This document shows positions 1-12,563 of a DNA stretch of 64,000 bases, in pieces. The translations under genes were made by a program, and so were the position numbers. The stretch is from assembly GCF_009914755.1 (NCBI RefSeq), contig NC_060929.1; one strand, 5' to 3'. Source of the DNA: the human T2T-CHM13v2.0 reference genome, Homo sapiens. The notes beneath the pieces are model-generated. The model searched no databases and was not told where the DNA came from. It saw only the letters and a list, made by a program, of their open reading frames with translations. Every line of letters starts with the position of its first letter. Positions within the stretch are counted from its first letter, which is position 1.

Positions 1-399
1 GATTATATAGTTATTCGGGGGGTCAGTGTGAATGTTACACTTCTTTCTAAAGAAGTAAGTTGGGATGTGCATGCTACAGATTGTAGTAGTAACTTAGTAA
101 AAAGTACAATCATCTTGTACTCTATCTGTGGCCGGATCATTGACAAAAAAATAGTCTAGTGGTGATAATCAATAGATTAACTCATTTATTCCTCATGGGG
201 TACACTGGACTGAGATGGGCAGGATTTAGTGTATAAAAGGAGATATCACCATGCATATTAAATGAACTATTTACTAAGCCAATAGGTCTGTTATTTATGG
301 AAACTAAAATAAAGTTCTTCTGAAAATTATGAAAGACTATTCTCTGGGTTCCTCCACATAGGACAAGACACACAGATAAGTAGAATCACCAGATGATAA

Positions 400-517
400 G
401 ACACATGAGGACAGGGTATGTGCATGTTATTCCATCTCAAATGCTTAGTAGAGTGGCTGGCATATTGCAGGCACTTTACGAACACTTGTTGAATGAATGA
501 AGGAATGAATGAATGAA
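400..517 (+). mobile_element. L2 3' end
   Basis: Degenerate 'gtggctggcatattgcaggcactttacgaacacttgttgaatgaatga' with a (GAAT)n tail, typical of an L2 terminus. Confidence 0.7.
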
Positions 518-1344
518 CTTAATAAAAGTAAGTTAGCTAGCCAGAATTAGAGGCCAACATTCAAGTGATCTAACATTCCTTGAAATAGAAACTCTTCCCA
601 GTTGCTTTATTTGGTTTTAATATTTTATCCAAGTATAAACTATGTGGGAATGTTACCAGGGCCCAGAAAATATTGTGGGCATGATAAGACTTCCACTTAG
701 CTTATGAAACTGAAAAAATAAGCAGCCTAAACATCCACTGTGATCTGAGCTTCTCTTTCAGTCCCCTTTCCAAATCTCAATTTCAGGTGGCTATTTCTAT
801 TTTGCAAGATCTCATTCTCAAACGCAGTTCTTACTACATGAATGCATTGTACCAACCATTTTTGCAAGGAAATACAAAATTTAAAATAAATGTCAAAACT
901 CACAACACAGGCTAATGTAAAAAAAGTTGACCAAGATGTTTTAAGAGTTTGTATAAAATATGTAAGAATAGAGTTTAGGAACAAGATTTATTTCTTGTTT
1001 GAAAAGAATAGTATTAGCCCAGCTTTTCCAGCTTAAGTTAATATTGGTCAGCTAATCTCTCATTAGACAGAGTTCACATGCTATAATTAAATTTAATAAA
1101 TAGTCTCTATGATCTATAGTATTTACCTGTGACTAATAAAATTCTGTTCATACGTTAATAGGTGAATAATATTTATAAAATATTTTCCCATGTGAAATGT
1201 TTATAATCATTAAAAATAATTATTTGTTGTCAGGTGGACTAAAGTAGATAAATAATATTTAAATGCTAATGATCTAAGTCTCAAAGCCAGTCCATGTTCT
1301 CACTCTATCCTGCAATGCTTATGGATTGTTTTCCTAAGCAACCA

Positions 1345-1510
1345 AGTAATTCTAAAACTTAACTGTGCATGTGATTCTCTAAAGCATCTGGTTAAAATAT
1401 AAATTAAGGACTCTACCAAAAAGACTCCAATTTAGTATCTCTGAACAAAAGGAGCCCAGGAATTTTCATTTCAAATAATCATCCCAAGTGATTCTGATGC
1501 ACTGGGGGTA
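1345..1510. mobile_element. MER5A-like hAT-Charlie DNA transposon
   Basis: 'ggagcccaggaattttcatttcaaataatcatcccaagtgattctgatgc' resembles the MER5A core. Confidence 0.65.
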
Positions 1511-1624
1511 AGGTCTAGATGTGGATTTATTTTTGAACTGCCCATTTATTCTAGTCACAATTTTGGGAGACAATCAATTCTAAAGTTCTCCAAAATTATA
1601 GTTAGAAAAATATGCAGAAAATTA

Positions 1625-1981
<357 letters not shown>

Positions 1982-2399
1982 TTATTAATTGTTCCTTCTC
2001 AAAGAGTATGAGACTTGCAATTTTAAAAAAGAATGAAACACCTTTCACATGCATAGATCTTGCTTCTATTTTTATTTATAAATTCTCCTTTTTATGTGGT
2101 GTTGGGCAGGAGTATTCTGTCCCCAAAAGCGCACAGAGGAATGAGAAAAACAATCAGGAAAATAATTGACACAATATAACACATAAGGCAGAACACAGTA
2201 CCTGATAAATCATATATTTGTAATAAACATTGAATAAAATGAGCAAATGCCTTAATTCGTTAATAATTAATAGTAGCTCATAGAAAAAACATATTTTTCA
2301 GGCATTAGAATTTGTATTCAATGATGTTTTTCTATAATATAATTCTGGAGCCCATTCTGTAAACTGTTTCAGTTGACAATAATCTTATTGAAGATTTAT

Positions 2400-2975
2400 C
2401 CAGTAATCTTTTCATGGCAAGTGGTAGAAACTCCAGATCTACCTCCAACTCAAAGAGGCTTTATCCGAATAAGAGAGAGAGAGGATACAGAGATTTATAA
2501 AACTGGAAAGACCAAGATTGGATCTTTGCACTTCAGGTACAGCTGGATCCAGGAGCACAAAAGGCTTTTTCTCAAAGCTCTGCTTCTCCCATCTCACTGC
2601 TCTACATTTCTCTGTGTTTGCTCATTCTCAAGCAAGGTCTCTCCTCATAGAGACAAGATGGCGGCCATCCACTGCAGTCCACATCCTATCCTATCCTACG
2701 AATAATTTTACCAACAGAAAGAATAGTATATACTTATATCCCAATAGCTCAAGAAAAATTCCCCAAATGAGCTCTGTTTGGCCCTGATTCATATGATTTA
2801 TGCAACAGGCCCATCAGTGAACCAATCGCTATGGCCAAGAATGCATGCATAGGCCTAAGACACACCTCTCCCTGGACTTGGAGCATGGCTAGCCACACCT
2901 GGACAACATTGACTTAAAATGGAGGAATGAATCACAGTTCCCAAAGAAAACTGAAAGTGCTATCACCAGAAGGTA
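2400..2975 (-). mobile_element. MLT1K-like MaLR LTR
   Basis: 'cttcaggtacagctggatccaggag', 'caagatggcggcc' and 'gaaccaatcgctatggccaag' match recalled MLT1K/L antisense segments. Confidence 0.65.
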
Positions 2976-3134
2976 AAATCTACTATATAAAATTCTACTA
3001 TAAATACTGTCAAATGGAAGCCCTACAAAATGAACCAAGAGAAATTAGCTTTAAATAAAATTTTATGTGAGTGCAAGTATATGCATTGTGGCATTCCTGG
3101 GTCAGTGGCATGTATAAATACCTTTTTAGTCAAA

Positions 3135-3230
3135 AGAATAAAAAGAATAAGAAAGAGAAGGAGGAGGAGAAAGGGAAGGAAAAGAGGAGGAAGAGGAATA
3201 GGAGGGAAAGGGGGAAGTGGGGAGGAAGAG
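3135..3230 (+). repeat. purine-rich (GA/GGA) low-complexity tract
   Basis: Almost pure A/G sequence. Confidence 0.85.
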
Positions 3231-3456
3231 AAATTTGAGATGTTAAGGTGAGAACAGTCAGTTTGGGCTATTTCTTACCACTCCTACATTAAGATAGGCT
3301 AGTGGTTCACTGAATTTTAGGGCTAGAAGAACCTTAAAGACCACTTTGTCTAATTAAATGGGTTACAAATAAATAAATAAATTTCAAGATTTGGTTCCTT
3401 TCTACTTGTTCATTTCCATCTCTCACCACTCGAGCCCTTGTTCTACTGTCTAGGCC

Positions 3457-4101
3457 CTGTATTGTCCAGGGTAGTAGCCATTTGACTTTGGACACTTGGA
3501 TGTGGCTAGTTCAAATAGAGCTGTGCTCACGTGAAAAACACACAGAACTTCAAAGACTTAGTATGAAAAAAATAATATAGGTCAGGTGCAGTGGCTCACA
3601 CCTGTAATCCCAGCACTTTGGGAGGCAGAAGCGGGCAGATCATGAGGCCAGGAGTTCAATACCAGCCTGGCCAACATGGTGAAACCCCGTCTCTACTAAA
3701 AGTACAAAAGATTAGCCGGGCATGGTGGTGCGCACCTGTAATCCCAGCTACTGGGGGATCCTCCTGAGGCAGGAGAATCGCTTGAACCAAGGAGGCAGAG
3801 GTTGCAGTGAGCCAAGATCACGCCATTACTCTCCAGCCTGGGCAACAGAGCAAGACCCCGTCTCCAAAAAATAAAGAAAAAGAAAAAAAATATAAAGTGT
3901 CTTCTTAATATTTTATACTGATTACACATTGAAATGATAGTTTCTGGGACATTTGTGGCTGAATAAAACATATTATTGAAATTAATTTTATCTGCCTCCT
4001 CTTACTTTTTTAATGTGACTGCTATAAAGTTTAGAATTATAAATGTTATGTTTACTTGTATGACTCACATTTGTAGCTCATGTTAGGTTTTATTCGATAA
4101 C
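3457..4101. mobile_element. MER33 hAT-Charlie element split by an Alu
   Basis: 'gacacttggatgtggctagttcaaatagagctgtgc...caaagacttagtatgaaaaaa' resumes after the Alu as 'taatattttatactgattacacattgaaatgata'. Confidence 0.75.
3580..3890 (+). mobile_element. AluS (Sg-like)
   Basis: Dimeric Alu with the 'gatcatgagg' two-base deletion, inserted in the A-rich part of MER33. Confidence 0.95.
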
Positions 4102-4138
4102 TATTTTACCCACGCTGTCTTTTGGTGGCTGGAACATG

Positions 4139-4657
4139 TGTAACTGTGGGACCAGCCCAAACTGGATCTACTCTGTTGATAACAAAATATCAGGTTGCCT
4201 TTTAGCCATAACAGAGCCAAAAACTGCAAGTTGTATAGCCTGGGCATGTGCAATAGAAAAAGCTTTGACCTCTAACAATACCCAGAAGTCACAATTCTTC
4301 CCCTCTGCCTTCAGAATCAAGAAGATTGAGACTTGACCAGAACCTGAACATCAGAACTCTTTAAGAAGTAAGGACTCCATTGGCCAGGAAGATCCAAGGC
4401 TAAAATCTGCCTCAACATACTTTACTGTAAATGCTCAAATCTGAAGCCCTCCAATCAGACCCTGCCAAACCAACGTTCCTAAATCCTTTCCCTTGCTCTC
4501 TGATCCCTTAAAACTTGCCCCAGATCCCAAATCAGAGAGACAGATTTGAGCCTGCTTCTGTCTCTTTGCTGAAAGAAAGCTTTCTTTTCTCAAAAGTTGG
4601 TGCCATAGTTATTGGCTTCTGTGTGCATCAGGCAGCGAGCCCATTTGCTTGACAACA
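4139..4657 (+). mobile_element. ERV1 solo LTR, LTR15-like
   Basis: TG...CA termini (tgtaactgtgggaccagcccaaactgg ... ccatttgcttgacaaca) with 4-bp flanks CATG/CACA. It interrupts an L2. Confidence 0.75.
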
Positions 4658-4980
4658 CACACCATACTCTTTCTAATTTCCTGGCCATTGCACACGTTGT
4701 TTCCATGGCCTGGAACACTCCTACCTCCTGTTCATCCTGCAGAGCCCAGCATACATCACTCATCAGGAAGACAGTCCCTGAACTTACGGCCCCTGTGTAT
4801 GTGTGCTCACAGCTTCCTGTCATCACATTCCTCACATTGTGTTATTACCATTCACTTAATTGTCTGCCTTAAGTACCCTGAGTTCAGACACAGTGTTTTC
4901 TTGTTCATTACTGCATCCTGAGCACTGCGCCTGGTGCACAGTAAGTGCTCAGTAAATATGTATTGGACTAATGTTGAATA
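4658..4980 (+). mobile_element. L2 3' fragment
   Basis: 'ggccattgcacacgttgtttccatggcctggaacac' and the terminal 'ctggtgcacagtaagtgctcagtaaatatg'. Confidence 0.7.
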
Positions 4981-6937
4981 ATTATGGTTAAGTTACTCTC
5001 TCATAGTTCCCCAGAAACTCAGGTCTTTTGCCTTCCAGAAACAGAAATTTTGTCCTGTATTCAAATTTCTGGTCTTCCAATTTTCTGAAACTTATGATCC
5101 TTTCCTTAGCCACTACATGGCAAGAATGGTTCATTGTCATTTTCTTCCTCATAGATGACAAAAAAGGGGGGTAAGATAACCCCAGAGAACTGAAAGAGGA
5201 TCCTTTGAAAAATCCACAGGAGCATGTTTCATAGCTAATGGATATCTACAATCAAAAGACTTGTGATTTAAGTATCAAGATAAACAACTATCACAACATT
5301 TAAAACACTCACTATATTTCCTTTCCAGCTTTTTAACTATAAAATCAATGGCATGTTAATGACTCAAGCATTAGCTTGCTCACTAGGAATTCCAGAACTT
5401 CTATTTTTGAAGCATAAATTCCTAAGTTGCTCAATTTACCCAGTTTGTCAGAACAATTGCCATTAGTAAATATAAATATTTAATGAAAATGAAAACTGTC
5501 ATAAGCCGCTTCTCTTAAGCATCTAATGACTTACTGGAAGAAATAAAAAATATTAGTGAATTATGTCATTTACTAGTTTCCATCATATAGCAATCACCTG
5601 CAGATGTATTTGCTTATTGTACCTTGCTGTGTTTTGGAGTGGGTTTTTGTTGTAATATATTTATTGGGTTGTGGGTTTTTGCTTGCTTATTGGGTAACAA
5701 AGAAGTATCAATGATATACTGGGTGTTTCCTAGATATTAACCACGTGCAAAATTTTTTTAAGTTTTCTCAAAACCTTCATTGTGCTATTTGTTCCTGCCA
5801 GAATCCACTGTAAATAAAATAATTAAATATGTGTATGTAAGTGTAAAATTACAGTTAAATTACATTTACCCTACATTTTGTGGCTTGAAAAATGCCCTCA
5901 CATATTTTATTTCATTGATCTTCAATGGAGGATATCATTATTTCCAGTTTACAGATGAATAAAAAGGACTGTTTGACCAAGTGCCAGAACCAAGACTCCA
6001 CCTAAGACTTTGTTAAGTGATTTTTTCCTCTACTCAAAGCCTCCCTGAGATCTGCTACATTTAAAAAATAAAAAAGAGGAAAATTTGCTTTCATAAAATT
6101 TCTGATTTCAACTTGATTTTATTAATTGCCTCTTTCTAATTCAACTCAGACTGCTTGGCAAATAGTAAGTATTCATTAAATGTCAACTATATTATTTTTC
6201 TTTCAAAGCGAGGTTACCGAATAGAAATGGAAATGTTTTAAAAGTTAAGTTCTATTTCACTGAGATGCCATTGTATGCTAATTGTTCTCCTTCTAAGGGA
6301 TGTAACTAGACCTCTTACTCCATGGCTCTAAATTTTTATAGTCAGCCTCTATAATTCTTTGGTCCTGTAAGGCAGAAGTTACATTATTTGAGTGGGGTCA
6401 ACAGCAGAGGTTTCATATAATTATCGTAAGATAAAAGCCCTACTTTTCACCTAGAGCTTCTATAATCGTGCCAATTAGTATGAATTCCTCTTTCTGGGCC
6501 AATGGGAATGTAGTGTAAATTTTTTTCTCATTGGCTTCAAATAGGGCTGCATTACCTTTGGTTTATTTGGTTTGTTTTCAGTAGCTTTTTTCCTACCTTT
6601 TTTCTTTTAACTTTTAATTCTTAACTCCTCTCCTCCCACAAAAGAGTGCTTAAAACCTACTTTCAATCCTCTTAGAATCTCCCTGACCCTAGTTGTCCTC
6701 AGAATTGAACACAGAGACCCTAAAACAAATATTTTCAATCTATAGAAAAGGTCTTCAATTTTTTTCATTTTGCCTGAAAATATTATTTGATCTTGTTTAT
6801 GTAGATAAAATGGATTCTAATAATGGTACTCTAGAGAATTGGATCTTCTGGTCCAAATTAGCTGTCCCTCAACCTGTTAAGTCCACTTTGACCAAAAAGG
6901 AACAAGTTTCTCTGGGTGATAAGAAAGCAAGGAAATC

Positions 6938-6984
6938 AAAAAAAAAAAAAAAAAAAAAAAGAAAGAAAGAAAGAAAGAAAGAAA
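6938..6984 (+). repeat. poly(A) followed by (GAAA)n
   Basis: A23 followed by six GAAA units, flanked by an 18-bp direct repeat. Confidence 0.9.
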
Positions 6985-7224
6985 GGAAATCATAGGCAGA
7001 AAGGAAGTACCAATAGAATTAAGTGACTAGAAAGCTTATGCTTGGCTCTGGAATCCTCTCATTTCAACAAACATCAGAATGCCTCATATATACAAAATAC
7101 TGTCTAGGAAAGGTTTAACTATTCTAAATTGTATAGCACAGTATTTTAGAAATTAAATTCTGTATTGGTTCATTTGTAATAGCTAGTAAAACCTAACTGC
7201 AATTAATGAATTTGTTACAGTTGG

Positions 7225-7630
7225 TATTAGTTTGTTACAACTAAACTGTATTAGTTATTGATGTAACGAACTCCAACACTTCATTCACAATAAAACTTAA
7301 CTTCTGGCTCACTAAAATCCAAAATCAGAATTCCAGTTCTGCAGGGATTTCTCTTCCACATGGAGATTCAGGGACGTGGACTCCTTTCATTCCGTGGCCC
7401 TGTCATCTTTATCACATAACTTCTAAGGTTCATGTAGCTGTTGTGCTATGTGCTTCAAGCCATGAAAGGGGAAAGAACATGTAAGATCCCACACAGAAGG
7501 ATTTTGTGAGCCAGCAGGGAAGCACCTCATAGTAATCTGTTCCCCATTTGGAATCTTATCACATAGTCACACCTAACAGCAAGGGAGAATGAAAAATGTC
7601 TGCTTGTGTATTCAGAAAGGAAAAACAAAA
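7225..7630 (-). mobile_element. MLT1J-like MaLR LTR
   Basis: 'gagattcagggacgtggactcctttcattccgtggc' and 'cacatagtcacacctaacagcaagggag'. Confidence 0.6.
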
Positions 7631-7848
7631 CAAAACAGGAAAGAAATCTGTGCTACAAGCTTTAAGGTGAAACAAACTGTCATTTGAATCCTGGCTCCAT
7701 AATCTTCCTTTGTAAGATGAGGATATAATAATATCTCCATATGGTTGGCTGTGAGGATACATGATATAATAATAACAAACTTCCAACATTTACAGTTATT
7801 CTTAAGTGCCAGGTAACAATCCAGCTTTTTCCACATTATCTCACACAG

Positions 7849-8341
7849 CAGCGGTCCCCAACTTTTTTGGCACCATGAACTGGTTTTCTGGATCACAATT
7901 TTTCCACGAACTGGGTTGTTGGGAAGGGGATGGTTTTGGTATGATTCAAGTGCATTACATTTATGGTGTAGTTTATTTCTAATTATTATTACACTGTAAG
8001 CTATTATGAAATAATTATACAACTCACCATAATGTAGAATCAGTAGGAGCCCTGAGCTTGTTTTCCTGCAACTAGATGGCCCCATCTGGGGGTGATGGGA
8101 GACAGTGACAGATCATCAGGTATTAGATTCTCATAAGACTTATGCAACCTAGATCCCTCACAGGCACAGTTCACAATAGGGTTCGCGCTCCTATGAGAAT
8201 GTAATGTGCTGCTGATCTGACAGGAGGCAGAACTCAGGCGGTAATGCGTGAAATGGGGAGCAACTGTAAATACAGATGAAGTTTCGCTGGCTCACCTGCC
8301 ACTCACCTCCTGCTGTGTGGCCTGCGGGTTGAGGACACCTG
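7849..8341. mobile_element. MER1A hAT-Charlie element
   Basis: TIRs cagcggtccccaac / gttgaggacacctg with the MER1 internal sequence. 8-bp TSD tcacacag/tcgaacag. Confidence 0.9.
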
Positions 8342-8411
8342 TCGAACAGTTTTCACAATTCACCTATAAAATGGGGACTATTATTATCATCTCTATTTTA
8401 TAGACTGAAGT

Positions 8412-8898
8412 TGTAGTAGATGAAGTCCAAAAATCGCCCACAATTGTTGATGTCTCCTTGTGTTCACACCCTGTACGATGTGACTTTGCAGCAATGCCCA
8501 TCAAAATATAGAGTCTGTTTCCCACCTCATGAATCTGGGCTGGCCCTGGGACTTGCTCAAGCAGTAGAATTAGACAAAAGTGACACTCTGACCATTCTGA
8601 GCCTACATTACAAATAGCATGTTTCTACTAGCTGTTTGGGATCCCCAGAGCCACCATGTGTGGAAGTGCAGGCTTGCTATGCAGAGGGTGAGGCTATTCT
8701 AGACTGCACCATTGTCCTGGCTGACTCATTAGCTCATCACAGACAGACACATGAGCTAGCCACAGTCCTAAGACCAGCCTAGTCTAGTCCAGACCAGAAG
8801 AGCCATCCAATCAATCCACAGACTCATGAGCCTAATAAATTCTGCTTTTATCTGCTTTGGCTTGGTTATACAGCATTATTTGTGGTAATAACTGAGGC
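8412..8898 (+). mobile_element. MLT1H-like MaLR LTR
   Basis: 'tgtgactttgcagcaatgcccatc', 'gaatctgggctggccctgggacttgct' and an AATAAA followed by 'ggttatacagcatt...gtaataactga'. Confidence 0.7.
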
Positions 8899-8928
8899 AT
8901 AAACTCCAAGAGGTTGTATTACCAACTT

Positions 8929-9075
8929 AAGACCACACATCCAACAAGTGATAGAGCCAGGAACTAAATCATAATCTATGGAATTGAAAACCTATGTCCT
9001 TCAAGACCACACATCCAACAAGTGATAGAGCCAGGAACTAAATCACAATCTACGGAGTTGAAAACCTATGTCCTT
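8929..9075 (+). repeat. 74-bp tandem duplication
   Basis: Two units (8929-9002 and 9003-9075) differing at 3 positions. Confidence 0.95.
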
Positions 9076-10149
9076 ACCTATCACAATATGCTAAGATAAT
9101 TGTCTTAAATCGGCCGAAGTGCTTAACATATAAAAGCCATTAATACTATTCTCTATTATTAAACCCTATAATACAGGGCAAGTGAGTGTTTCCCTTGTCT
9201 GTGTCAGTTGCTCACAACTGTTTCTCCAAAATGAGCACTGTACCTGACATATAATAACTCTTCAGTAAAGATTTATTGAATAAATTACTGAAGGTTGGCT
9301 ACTCAGATAAATCATCAATGAAGCCTGCCCTTGAAGAGCTGAGAGTCTAAAAGAGAAAATCAAATGCAGACATAAATAATGGTAATTTAACATGGGAAGG
9401 TTAAGTGCCACAGGCAAGGAATCAGTAGAGCATTCTCGGAATTCAGAGGCAGGAGAAATTACTTACTACAAGGGAGGCAATAAAATATTTCACTGAAGTG
9501 ATGATGTTTAATTTTATCCTTAGTGCCTGGACTTTGAACATATGGAGACTATGAGGAAGGGGCATTACAGGCACAGGGACACCGTAAGCATCCCATGGGG
9601 TAAGAAACAATGCTATGAGCACAAGGAAACAGTGACTTCCATTGGGTTAAAAAATCAATGTAGCCTATTTCATGAGTCAAAGACTTCATGTAAGCAGATC
9701 CTCCTACTCTGACTCATAGACTGACTCATAGACAAATTGGCTGTGTTTTGTTCCCTTAGCTCTTCTATTTCTTATTGGTTCATTGATTCCTTATTCATTG
9801 ATACATTGATTCATTCTTCAACAAATATCATTATGTCTAAGAACACAGGTAGCCTCCATTTACAAATACTAGAAAGGAGAAAGCATTTCATTGGCTCCAT
9901 TTTAAAACAGAGTATAAGATCTTAAAAGGCAAGGACACTTCTACCTTTCTTCACTTCTAAAAGCACCTGTCACATAATGGTACTCAACTGGACACTAAAC
10001 ACACAAATACACACACAAAAAGCTGATTTTAAATTAACTTAAAAGTTAAGAAAAAACTACCTCTTTTAGCCAACAAGGAGTTCACTTAATGTTCATTATC
10101 TGTTACTTCTATAAGGTTTTACTGTATTTCCCATTAGAGAAATCTAAAT

Positions 10150-10635
10150 ATTAATGAGCATCTTTATGTTCATTGACTGTGCTAGACATCAAGTTCAGGA
10201 CTTTGTCTGAGATACAATTCTTGCCCTCAAGCAACAGAGAGGAGCTACTACCAGGGGCTCTTCTAGCTTCTGAGGGTACAAAGGTGAATGAGATAGAGAA
10301 ATTCCTCGTTGTCATAGAGCTTCCAGACCAGAAGGAAGAATACCTGCAACATAGCAATATCCAAACATGCCTATAATAAAGAAATAGCCAATTATAAAAT
10401 CTTTAAGATAACTTCAAACAATCATACATGCTACAAGATAATAAAACTAAAATATAACAGAAAGCTCTGGTTTGTCTTTTTAAAATGAATTCAAGAAAGA
10501 ATTCTGGAAGAACTAATAGTGACACTGAGAAGAGATTGACAAAATAAGTGTCAGCCACAGGACAATCTGAGGACAGGCTTCTAGGCAGTGCAAGTGGCAA
10601 CTGCCAAGGCCTTAAGTCTGGAATAAATTTGGCTA
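10150..10635 (-). mobile_element. L2 fragment(s)
   Basis: 'gagaaattcctcgttgtcatagagcttccagaccag' and 'ctaggcagtgcaagtggcaactgccaaggccttaag' resemble antisense L2. Confidence 0.5.
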
Positions 10636-12070
10636 TCACATATGTATATCTGACAATTTAAAGTGAGGTAAGTACTTCCAAGGAACATACAAAGAGATAT
10701 TGGCATACTACTAGTCAGTGATTCCAGTTCAAAGCTAGCCACAGAACTTGAGATAATCTTACCTAGAGCACATTCAGAATGAGTGCATGTATGTAGAGCG
10801 TGTTTGCCTGCTCTGTTAACCACAAGTTACTCTTGGCTGTCAACCATGAATTGGAGGCCATCCTTAACTGGCTTGGCTTCCTCGCTCGCTATCTCTCATG
10901 CTTTCAAGTTCTTGGCACTTCTGCGTGCCTGTGCTAAAATGGCAGTCTTAACCGCTGCAACCCACCCATCCATTCCACTCCCACCAACGTCTGTCCCTGA
11001 CCAGAGACTCCTTAGCACCTGAGTTGTCAGGTAGCAAGCACCCTTTTATCCATAAACATAAGGTACATGCTCATTCTCCTGCCAAATTAAGCTGTTTATG
11101 GTTATCACCCAGGGAAGTAATTTGTTGATCAAGACAAATGCAAAGAACTTCATTTAGGAGTTATGTATTAAATGCCTACTGAGATCTTAATTGAAACTTT
11201 TATGTTATCCATGAAAAATTATTTATATAGGTCTATCTATCTTCACCTATAATAAGAACACAGGGATGCATGCTTTCATTGTCAGACACATTTCCAACTT
11301 TCATACGTACACCTATTAACACAGATATAAAGTTTAAAGTGGAAATAGGAGGACCTATGTTCTTCTGTGAGTTCTCTCATTGTTTTCACCTAGAAATTAG
11401 TTTAGGAGCCTATTAAAGCACTGTGCCAAAAAGCCAATGACTTCACTATAGGGGGATAGAGCCAAGTCAAAAGCCAGATTATAACATCTTCCCAGAACCC
11501 TAAAATTAGATGTTCATTCTGCTCATTTCCATAAATGTCTGTCATTTTTCTATCACAGCATTTACCACACTTAATTGTTATAGTTTGCATGGGGGTCTAT
11601 AATTTTCTCATTAGAGTCAGTAAGGATAAGAATCTTACCCAACTTGTTCATCACGTTATCCCCAGTGTCTAGCCAATGTCTGGCATATTTATATTCATAA
11701 TTTGTTAAATTAATGAATAAATGAGGCTATTCCTCAGAAACACTTTTTCAATGTAAAATAAAATTCATGCAATGAGTCCAGTGCTCTTAAACTCTTCCTG
11801 CCAATCACAATTCTGGCCACCACACCCCACAACCTCCATGTAAGAACACCAGTTGTATCTTGGTGCATTTTTCTGTAAGACCGCTCTTGGGGAAAATTCA
11901 GTCTGGGCACATGTAGAATGTAAGGTGGCATGTGCTGTCAGTAAGTATTCCATAAAATTAAGGAAATAAGGGATTGAAAAGCAAAGAAAATCATAAGCAT
12001 CAGTAGAATACATCTTCTACTACCTTAGTCATAGTGGTAGTTTCTACCAGTTGTGATCAAGACTAAGTAT

Positions 12071-12563
12071 ATCATGCTGCTATAAAGACACATGCACATG
12101 TATGTTTATTGTGGCATTATTCACAATAGCAAAGACTTGGAACCAACCCAAATGTCCAACAATGATAGACTGGATTAAGAAAATGTGGCACATATACACC
12201 ATGGAATACTATGCAGCCATAAAAAATGATGAGTTCATGTCCTTTGTAGGGACATGGATGAAATTGGAAATCATCATTCTCAGTAAACTATCGCAAGAAC
12301 AAAAAACCAAACACCGCATATTCTCACTCATAGGTGGGAATTGAACAATGAGATCACATGGACACAGGAAGGGTAATATCACACTCTGGGGACTGTGGTG
12401 GGGTGGGGGGAGGGGGGAGGGATAGCACTGGGAGATATACCTAATGCTAGATGATGAGTTAGTGGGTGCAGCGCACCAGCATGGCACATGTATACATATG
12501 TAACTAACCTGCACAATGTGCACATGTACCCTAAAACTTAAAGTATAATAAAAAAAAAAAAAA
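12071..12563 (+). mobile_element. 5'-truncated L1PA2-like insertion (ORF2 C-terminus, 3'UTR, poly(A))
   Basis: ORF 12102-12344 is the L1 ORF2p C-terminus. The 3'UTR has GAG (not ACA/ACG) and 'cttaaagtat' at the L1HS diagnostic sites. TSD aagactaagt at 12059-12068 and 12562-12571. Confidence 0.92.

Larger units (their letters stand above)
7790..9090 (-). mobile_element. MIR fragmented by MER1A and MLT1H insertions
   Basis: Pieces at about 7790-7848, 8342-8410 and 8900-9090 are collinear with antisense MIR ('attatcatctctattttatagactgaag ... aagaccacacatccaacaagtgatagagccagga'). Confidence 0.6.

Noticed and set aside
7612-8085. 157-aa minus-strand ORF
   Set aside because: It is a chance translation of MER1A and MIR sequence.
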